From Chloroflexi bacterium UBA4730 (GTDB lineage Bacteria; Chloroflexota; Limnocylindria; P2-11E), in NCBI GenBank assembly GCA_002404155.1, contig DHJC01000016.1, positions 13,529 through 77,528 of the forward strand: 64,000 nucleotides of DNA, read 5' to 3'. Within the stretch, counting starts at the first letter, position 1. The number at the start of each line of letters is the position of its first letter. The notes beneath the pieces are model-generated. The model had not been told where the DNA came from. It made no database searches and worked only from the letters and a program-made list of their open reading frames with translations. This document shows, piece by piece, positions 57,831 to 64,000 of this stretch. Both the position numbers and the translations under genes were made by a program.

Positions 57831-59321
57831 TCATGGCCGACAGACCCGGCAATGAGGATCGCGCGCGATCGTGATTCTGCTGGCGACCGGTACGAGGCCG
57901 CCATAGCGAAGCACAACGTGGTCCGGGTTCGTCGCCGAAGTTGGCTCGCCAAGCAGGGTCGCGACCGCCATTTTCGCCACTGCCGCGGCGAAAAGGTCCA
58001 CGTCGATGACACTGCCTGACCACGGCGTCTCGGTGCCAACGGGGACGAGACCGTCCGAGGGGATGCGTTCCGGGCCGGCCTGGCGCACGCACTCGTAGCA
58101 GGCGGTCTCCAGCGGCCGCACTCTGAACAACCGAGCCGCCCGGACGTTGTTGCTCACCCACCCGAACACTGCAGGCTGGTTCAGGAAGCACGCCGCGGCG
58201 TTCGTCTCGTCGGTCGAAAACTCCTCCGCGGTCAGATTGATCAGGAGGTCCGGACGGGCCGCGACCAGAGCTTGCGCACCGACGTGTAGGCCGACCTCGA
58301 CCGGGTGCCGGGCGACGACGACGTTGGGCGCGATCGCCTCGAGCTGCTCGGCGAGCACATCGACCTTGAGCCGACCGGTCGATTCGAGGAACCCTCCGAC
58401 CCGGGCGAGATTGCCGCCGCTGAGGGCGTCGTCATCGAAGAGCGCGAAGTTGCGTACGCCCGAGCGCGCGAGCAGGGTCGCGACCGGCCAGCCGACCGCG
58501 CCGCAGCCGATGATCAGGACTCGCTTCCCCGCCAGAGCGGCGGCGAACGGGGCGCGATCGGCAAAGCCCTGCGGCTGATACTCCCGGGTCAGGAGCACGA
58601 TCGGCGCGCCGCTGCTCGAGCGCCGGACGAAGTACCAGTCAGCCGAGATCCGCGCGGGCCGTTGGACCACGATCGCCCCGACCTCATGTCGCAGCCGCTC
58701 ACGCAGCTCGCCGATCTCCAAGCGGTGCGCGCGAGCGATCTGCTCCTCAGCCCAGCTGAGGACGGCCTCGGCTGGACGGTGTTCCGGGATCGGTGCGCTT
58801 CCACGCGCCCAGAGGCCGAGCACTAGATCGGGGAACGCTCGCGCGAAGGCAACGCCGGCCTCGGACATCACAGGCGCTGCCGAGAGGTTAGTCACCCGAA
58901 TCGCGGCCAGCGTGCCGTGGCGGCTGCGTCCAAGCGAGAGGCTGCCGCGGTCGCCCTCCCCGGGGAGGTGCCACGAAACGGGGACGAGCACGTACTCGGG
59001 GTGGGGTCCGAGGTCGTACTGGCCGAGTCCCTGGGCCAACTGCTCGAGGGCCATGGCCGCGGCGTCCGGCTGATGCGCGCGGGCGACGGGACCGATTCGG
59101 ATCTGGAGTTGTCCGCTCAGCGCGTACGCGGTCACCGTCGCCCGAGGTGACGTGAGGTCTTCGTCGTACTCGAGCTCGTAGCGGTCCTCGCCGCGCTGGA
59201 CTTCTAGCACCAGACGACCGCGCTGGGACCGCTGGCCGAGGACGCGGAACCCGGAGACCGCCAGGTTGCTGAATGCAACCTTCAGGCTCTCCGGATCGCG
59301 CGCCCACCACGGGGCGATCAG
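57831..59321 (-). CDS. ThiF/E1-like adenylyltransferase with N-terminal E2-like region (start uncertain: CTG 59321, ATC 59318 or ATG 59540)
   Basis: VLIIGCGAVG, FDDD...GNLAR...KVDVL, CYEC and CRVC zinc pair; N-terminal WWARDP...RLVLEV...YELEY resembles prokaryotic E2-fold starts. Confidence 0.8.
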   Translation of the reverse strand: MIAPWWARDPESLKVAFSNLAVSGFRVLGQRSQRGRLVLEVQRGEDRYELEYDEDLTSPRATVTAYALSGQLQIRIGPVARAHQPDAAAMALEQLAQGLGQYDLGPHPEYVLVPVSWHLPGEGDRGSLSLGRSRHGTLAAIRVTNLSAAPVMSEAGVAFARAFPDLVLGLWARGSAPIPEHRPAEAVLSWAEEQIARAHRLEIGELRERLRHEVGAIVVQRPARISADWYFVRRSSSGAPIVLLTREYQPQGFADRAPFAAALAGKRVLIIGCGAVGWPVATLLARSGVRNFALFDDDALSGGNLARVGGFLESTGRLKVDVLAEQLEAIAPNVVVARHPVEVGLHVGAQALVAARPDLLINLTAEEFSTDETNAAACFLNQPAVFGWVSNNVRAARLFRVRPLETACYECVRQAGPERIPSDGLVPVGTETPWSGSVIDVDLFAAAVAKMAVATLLGEPTSATNPDHVVLRYGGLVPVASRITIARDPHCRVCRP

Positions 59322-59326
59322 TTGCG

Positions 59327-59431
59327 CTAGTCGCTCTTGACGCCGGCGTCCACGTCGGCCTTGCGCGCTCGCGCGCGAGCCGGCGCTGCCTTCGACTTGG
59401 CCTTCGCGACCGTCTTCTTCTTGGCGGGCAT
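59327..59431 (-). CDS. 34-aa Lys/Arg/Ala-rich peptide (not separately called in the ORF track)
   Basis: MPAKKKTVAKAKSKAAPARARARKADVDAGVKSD; AAAGGAG upstream; nearly all codons end in G/C; stop lies 5 nt before the ThiF CTG. Confidence 0.7.
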   Translation of the reverse strand: MPAKKKTVAKAKSKAAPARARARKADVDAGVKSD

Positions 59432-59751
59432 CTCCGATTTTCTCCTTTCCGCTCTTTGCATGGGCCGACGACGTGAGCCGAGCGCGCGTACGGGTGCCCT
59501 TTGGCCGAGTCGCGGACTTGCCTTTCGTCGTCGAGTCCATGGGCGAACCTTCCGACGGCGACCCGTCGCCCCACAAGCGCCAAAGACGCGCATGGTCGCG
59601 TGCTCATCGCGGACGAAAACCGGTGTTACCGAACGCCTGACCGCCGAAAACAACCGGTGCCGCGCCGCCCGGTGGCTTACCACCGTCGTGCGTGCGGGCT
59701 ATCTGTCTTTAGTAGGGACTCCCGGCGATCGGGGTGGAGGGCGGTGGGTCA

Positions 59752-60117
59752 GTGAAGGGCATCGGCATCGGAGAGGCCGCGCGACGATCGGGCCTCAAAC
59801 GCAAGGCGATCGTGTACATCGAGGAGCGCGGCTATCTCGGCGCAGTCGCCCGCGACCGGAACCTGCGGTCTTACACCGAGCTCCAGGTGCGCACGCTCGA
59901 ACGTATCGCCTCCGGCCGCCTGGTGGGCCTGCGGCTGGACGAGGCCGCGCTGCTCGCGGAACGCGATGGCGTGCCCTCACAAGTCGAGCTGACTCGGCTC
60001 TGCCTGGTCACGTCCGCCAAAGCCACGGAGATCGAACGCGAGGTGCGCGCTTGGATATATCTGTTCTCCGAGATCCGCGCGATCCTGGATCGGGAAGCCA
60101 CATCCGGAGGCCGCTAG
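59752..60117 (+). CDS. MerR-family regulator, divergent from the peptide-ThiF pair
   Basis: IGIGEAARRSGLKRKAIVYIEERGYL...RNLRSY...GLRLDEA; GGAGG upstream. Confidence 0.8.
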   Translation: MKGIGIGEAARRSGLKRKAIVYIEERGYLGAVARDRNLRSYTELQVRTLERIASGRLVGLRLDEAALLAERDGVPSQVELTRLCLVTSAKATEIEREVRAWIYLFSEIRAILDREATSGGR

Positions 60118-60615
60118 AGACCACAGCTCCGCAGGAGCTGCGACGCCGCGTCACGTCTCATGTGGTCATCTACATGAAGCGTCATTTCCGCGTTACGTCG
60201 CCTTGCATGGATGGTCCGATCACTGCGACAGCTGAGAGGTCAGCCCCAAGACAGAGACTGTCTCAGACCGTCGCCGGATCGACCGAACGCCGCCGCCGCT
60301 TGGGACAGCAGGTGCGGCCGTTATTGGCGAGTGGTGCATGGTCGCTCGGCGGTGTTGTCGTCGGCCCGACTTCGGAGTGGGTCTTCTTGACGAATTCCCG
60401 CGGTGAAGTCCTCGGTCTGTCAGGGGATTCCAGCACATGGTCTTCTTCTGGCGGCACTGCTGAGCCGGCACGCGGGGAGAACCCGACGACTGACTGTGCC
60501 ACTGCTCGCAATATCCGACTGCTATGGCCAAGTGAAGCCACGGCCTTCGTCCTCGCGCTAGAGGCAGCTCTGTCTTGCGTGCTTGAAGTGTGGGCGTCGG
60601 GTGCCCTGCTGGGGA

Positions 60616-61194
60616 TTATCTGTCGGTCTTGCGAGCGTTCTCACGGTTTCCTTCGACGTGGTCGGGCGCCTTCGAAGTCGGCGGTGCCGCACCTTGCTTC
60701 GGCCGATCCGCGGAACCGCCCGCCAGTGGCATTCCGTCCGAACTAGCGGTACGCCGGACCCCGCCTATCTCTTCGATGGCATCCATAGCGACCTCCCCCG
60801 GATCGACCCGCGCCGTCGTGTCGGCGATCGTCTCGGCGGACTCGCGAACTTCGAGAACCGCACTCAGCGCGACGACACTGCTGGGTTCAAGTCCACGAAC
60901 AAACGAAGCAAGGCCGGCGTGTTCCTTCAGAAGTGCAACGAAGCAGTCACGCTCGTCGTCCCTCTCTTGCGGCGGTTTCTCGGTAGACGTATCTCCAGCC
61001 GCTTCGCGAGGCACTCGGATCGCGCGAAGCCCCTCAGCCACGATTTGTTCCCAACGCTCCCGCGCTTTCGCCAGCGGGCGGTCGGTGGGGAGGTCGGCAC
61101 GGCGCGCGTCGAGCATCTCGCGCAACTCTCGCAACTGTTGCGAGACGGCCGGATCCGTAGGGCCGGGGACTCTCATCCCAACGATCGTACGCAC
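60616..61194 (-). CDS. hypothetical protein
   Basis: Helical-looking ORF divergent from the second microprotein module. Confidence 0.45.
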   Translation of the reverse strand: MRTIVGMRVPGPTDPAVSQQLRELREMLDARRADLPTDRPLAKARERWEQIVAEGLRAIRVPREAAGDTSTEKPPQERDDERDCFVALLKEHAGLASFVRGLEPSSVVALSAVLEVRESAETIADTTARVDPGEVAMDAIEEIGGVRRTASSDGMPLAGGSADRPKQGAAPPTSKAPDHVEGNRENARKTDR

Positions 61195-61254
61195 CGGCGC
61201 TTACCTGTCGAGCGGTCCCGCCGGCTGCCCGACGGCTTGCTGCATCGACAGCAA

Positions 61255-61302
61255 TGCGCTTGTTCCTTTGGTAGAGAGCCAAATGCGCGGAGGGAACGAC
61301 TG
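61255..61302 (+). promoter_or_regulatory. conserved leader of the microprotein-MerR module, copy 2
   Basis: tgcgcttgttcctttggtagagagccaa; tttgg/ccaaa hairpin; gttcctt can pair with the agggaac RBS region. Confidence 0.7.
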
Positions 61303-61476
61303 ATGGCGAAGGCAAGGGTCACTAAGCAGCGACGAGCTTCGAAAGCCGCCAAGGTTCGGGCCCGACGAATCCTCGAGATCAAGCCCGGTAGCGTCACCGT
61401 GTACACCGCCTACGCGGTCGTCTTGTTCAGGCTGGTCGTCCTGGCGGTCCACGGGCTCAACCTCGGTCCGCTGTAG
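61303..61476 (+). CDS. 57-aa basic/hydrophobic microprotein, copy 2
   Basis: MAKARVTKQRRASKAAKVRARRILEIKPGSVTVYTAYAVVLFRLVVLAVHGLNLGPL; GGAGG RBS; TAGTG overlap with MerR. Confidence 0.85.
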   Translation: MAKARVTKQRRASKAAKVRARRILEIKPGSVTVYTAYAVVLFRLVVLAVHGLNLGPL

Positions 61477-61925
61477 TGCGCGCATCTGGAACCGGCCATT
61501 CGCCCGGGCCGGGCACCTCGGCCGCGCCAGGGGCTCCGGCCGGCGGCTATCGGCTCGGTGAGGTCGCTAAGCACACGGGTCTGAGCCCCAAGCAGCTACG
61601 CCAGTGGGAGCAGCACGGTCTCGTCGCCCCGATTCGCGGGACTGGTGGACAGCGCCTATACGCCGAGGCAGATTTGCAGAGGCTTCGCCAGGCAAAGAAA
61701 ATGCGCGACAGCGGGATGAGCCTGGCCGAGGTCAAGTTGACCCTCTGGTTCCTCAGCTCCAACAGCCTCGGAAGCGAAGTCGAGGGGCTGACCCAGATCC
61801 GCGCCATCTGCGGACGTATCGAAACGCAGCTGGCTGTCGTCGAAGAGATCACGGACGCGCTGCGTACTCGTCTGATCCGGAGGAACGGTCGTGCTTTCGC
61901 TTCGGCTCCGTCGAGCGCTCCATAA
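61476..61925 (+). CDS. MerR-family regulator, close paralog of 50947-51378
   Basis: YRLGEVAKHTGLSPKQLRQWE...SLGSEVEGL...IC...RLIRRNG. Confidence 0.9.
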   Translation: MRASGTGHSPGPGTSAAPGAPAGGYRLGEVAKHTGLSPKQLRQWEQHGLVAPIRGTGGQRLYAEADLQRLRQAKKMRDSGMSLAEVKLTLWFLSSNSLGSEVEGLTQIRAICGRIETQLAVVEEITDALRTRLIRRNGRAFASAPSSAP

Positions 61926-61950
61926 GGACGCTGAGGTCTTTCTAGAGAAG

Positions 61951-62367
61951 TCACTCGTCGAATCCGATGAGCTTCATGATCCCGAGCGCCTCAAGCCAGA
62001 TCACCCAGGTGACGGCGCGCGAGTGCTGGAGTGGGATCGGAGCGCCGTCCTCGCGCCACCTACGCTCTTGGAGGCCGCCGGTCACCAGCAGGTTGCGTTT
62101 GCCGATGCCGTCGAGCCGTTCGAAATACTGCGTCGATAGCTGCTGCCACGCCGTCCTCATCGCGGTCAGACCCTCCGTGAGCTCGGCGACTGGATCGTCG
62201 GGGATGTCAGCGTCAACGTGTCCGATGTCGACTTCCCACGGCCACTCCTCGAAGGGCAGGTCGGCGAACTCGGCGAGGCGATCGAAGCCCTTCTGCCACT
62301 GCGGCTGGAAGCGGAGCTTGATCGCGCAGACCTGCGTATCAAGCACCGGCTCAGGCGACCGTGGCAC
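61951..62367 (-). CDS. hypothetical protein
   Basis: GGGAGG upstream; co-oriented downstream of the recombinase. Confidence 0.6.
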   Translation of the reverse strand: MPRSPEPVLDTQVCAIKLRFQPQWQKGFDRLAEFADLPFEEWPWEVDIGHVDADIPDDPVAELTEGLTAMRTAWQQLSTQYFERLDGIGKRNLLVTGGLQERRWREDGAPIPLQHSRAVTWVIWLEALGIMKLIGFDE

Positions 62368-62409
62368 CCATTCCTCCCGTCGCGTGCGACGCGCCGGATT
62401 ATGGAAGCC

Positions 62410-63487
62410 CTACGCGGCTGCGGGAAGTGGGCCGACCAGGCGGCAGTGCACAGTGCTGGCGACCGGTGCCGAAGTGGACGTGATGTACGTCACGGGCGCG
62501 GCTGCCGGAGCCGGCGGACGCACTCCGAGGGTTGAAGCGGCTGCCACTCGAGCGATGGCCGCCTTCGTGTCTTGAGCTGATGCGTGGATGTATTGCTCAC
62601 TGGTTGCCACGCTTGCGTGGCCCATGACCTTCTTGATGTCCTGTAGCGGTGTCGACCGGCCGAGCTTCGTGCCGAAGATGTGTCGGAGCAGGTGCGGATG
62701 CAGGCCGTACGTTGAGTGGAGCCCGAACTTCTCGATCGCGGCGTAGACCGCTTTGTGAGCAAGCCGATGACCTTTGCGCCCGATGAAGATTGGTGCTTGG
62801 GCGAAGCCCTTGCTGCCACCCGCCCAGGCGGCCTTGTACGCGGCCAGCTCACTTACGAGCCACGGCGTCAGCGACACGTTGCGTTCTTTGTCGCCCTTGC
62901 CGTCGAGCGTGATCAGCTCGTCGGCCCAGTTGATGTCGCCCCAGTTCGCTTTGACGATCTCATCGAGACGGGCACCGGTGTGCAGGCCGAGACCGAGCAG
63001 CAGTCGCAGCCGCGGACCGTACCACCCGGCCGTCGGGAGGGCGGCGATGATCGCCTCGGCCTCTTCGAAGGTCATCAGGTTGTGCAGCACCTGCTTCTTC
63101 AGCTTGGGTGTCTCCACGGTGGCGAATGGGTTGGCGGACAAGTCGCGCAGCTTGACCAGGTTGCCGAAGAAGCCAGACGCCATCGACCGACGCGCCTTGA
63201 CCGTCGCCGGGTCCAGCCCCTTGCCCTTGCGTCTACGCGTTTGCACGTGCACCGCTTCTACCCTCCGTCAGCAGCCAGTCGACCCACGCTTCAGCCAGCT
63301 CCAAGGTCACGTCGTCGATCGTCTTGGCGCCGCGTGACTTGAAGAACTCGACCATCCCGGCGCCGTTGTACGTGTAGGCCTGGACGGTCCGCGGGCTCAG
63401 CTTGCGGCGGCGCTTCAGGTAGGCGTCGAAGGCGGCGCCGAGCTCGCGAGGCCGGTTTTGAGGAGTGGGTAGCTCGCTGCTTTTCAT
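62410..63487 (-). pseudogene. XerC/D-like tyrosine recombinase split by a 1-nt frameshift near 63235
   Basis: SAM-like N-part (LSPRTVQAY) ends at TAG 63233; catalytic part TGARLDE, DGKGDKER, HPHLLRH, MGHAS..TSEQY is in the next frame. Confidence 0.85.
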
Positions 63488-63720
63488 AGCATCAGTCTGA
63501 GTTCTCAGCGACGCTAAGGCCACGCATCGGTCCGTTTCGGACTGCACTTTTTTGGACCCGGTCGCTTGCGTCAGACCCGATTCCTGGTCCCGTAATCGGA
63601 CCTAGAGCGCAATCTTGCCGATACGTTGACTCCGGCGCCACGGCGTCCACGGCCATACCCGCGCGGTCCTCATCGGCGGATGAAGCGCGCCGAGCTATCC
63701 GGCCTGCGTTCAGATTGGCG

Positions 63721-64000
63721 CTACCGCTCCGGCAGCATCACCCACGCCATGGGCAGGCTGCAGTCAGCGCAGCGCAGGATGGCCTCGTTCCCGGGGCGAA
63801 CGCCCGCGAGGGCAAACTCCATCGCATTGTCGAGCGGGATCCGGTGACCGCAGCTCACACAGATGGCGCGCCCGGCCCGCGCGTCGGAGGCACGGATCTC
63901 ATACTCCGCTCGGTTCAGGATCCGGTCACCGTACGGAGGGACAAGGTGCGCTTTGGCCACGACGTAAATCTCGTCGAGCGCGTTGAGCCCGTTCCTGGCG
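63721..64000 (-). CDS. partial CDS running off the window, with two CxxC motifs
   Basis: CVSC...CADC; frame open to the window edge. Confidence 0.5.
   Translation of the reverse strand, partial: ARNGLNALDEIYVVAKAHLVPPYGDRILNRAEYEIRASDARAGRAICVSCGHRIPLDNAMEFALAGVRPGNEAILRCADCSLPMAWVMLPER

Noticed and set aside
2205-60117. Frequent CTAG at gene ends and module junctions as a recombination signature
   Set aside because: Explained by TAG stops following C-ending codons in GC-rich genes; only the IS630 case has independent support.
1-64000. CRISPR array, rRNA or tRNA genes
   Set aside because: No regularly spaced repeat-spacer run or full cloverleaf seen; T-loop-like words near 48475 (ccgggttcaatt) and 54552 (cccgggtgcaact) lack complementary stems.

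Overview
GC-rich bacterial accessory island with no housekeeping genes, rRNA, tRNA or CRISPR array that I can see. Many genes start 6-7 nt after a TANNNT -10 box with no Shine-Dalgarno, suggesting a leaderless-rich lineage such as Chloroflexota or Actinomycetota (inference). From left to right: (1) a decayed TnsC/TniB-like ATPase, then a secreted RHS toxin with a colicin E5-like tip, an unusual propeller-like insertion inside the RHS core, and a downstream immunity candidate; (2) a mobile-element-like module of excisionase-type HTH, 698-aa Cre-like tyrosine recombinase, RHH, RpoD-like sigma factor and XRE; (3) a dense defence island with a REase-STAND (Avs-like) protein, DUF4238, several HEPN-type proteins, a NERD-like nuclease, a 1.29k-aa GWDG-type protein, hipBA with three regularly spaced operators, and a complete Bil (ISG15-like Ubl-E2-JAB-E1) operon flanked by a STAS/HATPase pair and a glycine-zipper gene; (4) a right arm I cannot assign to any known system. 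In that arm a 57-aa basic-then-hydrophobic microprotein, too short for the ORF track, occurs as two intact copies plus two decayed copies elsewhere. Each intact copy has a conserved 28-nt leader and is coupled to a MerR paralog, and one heads a chain of small paralogous proteins. A 34-aa Lys/Arg/Ala-rich peptide precedes a Cys-deficient E2-like/ThiF enzyme beside a third MerR. Many genes are truncated or frameshifted, and IS630 and IS21 remnants are present. All family calls come from motif recognition by eye, not database searches.
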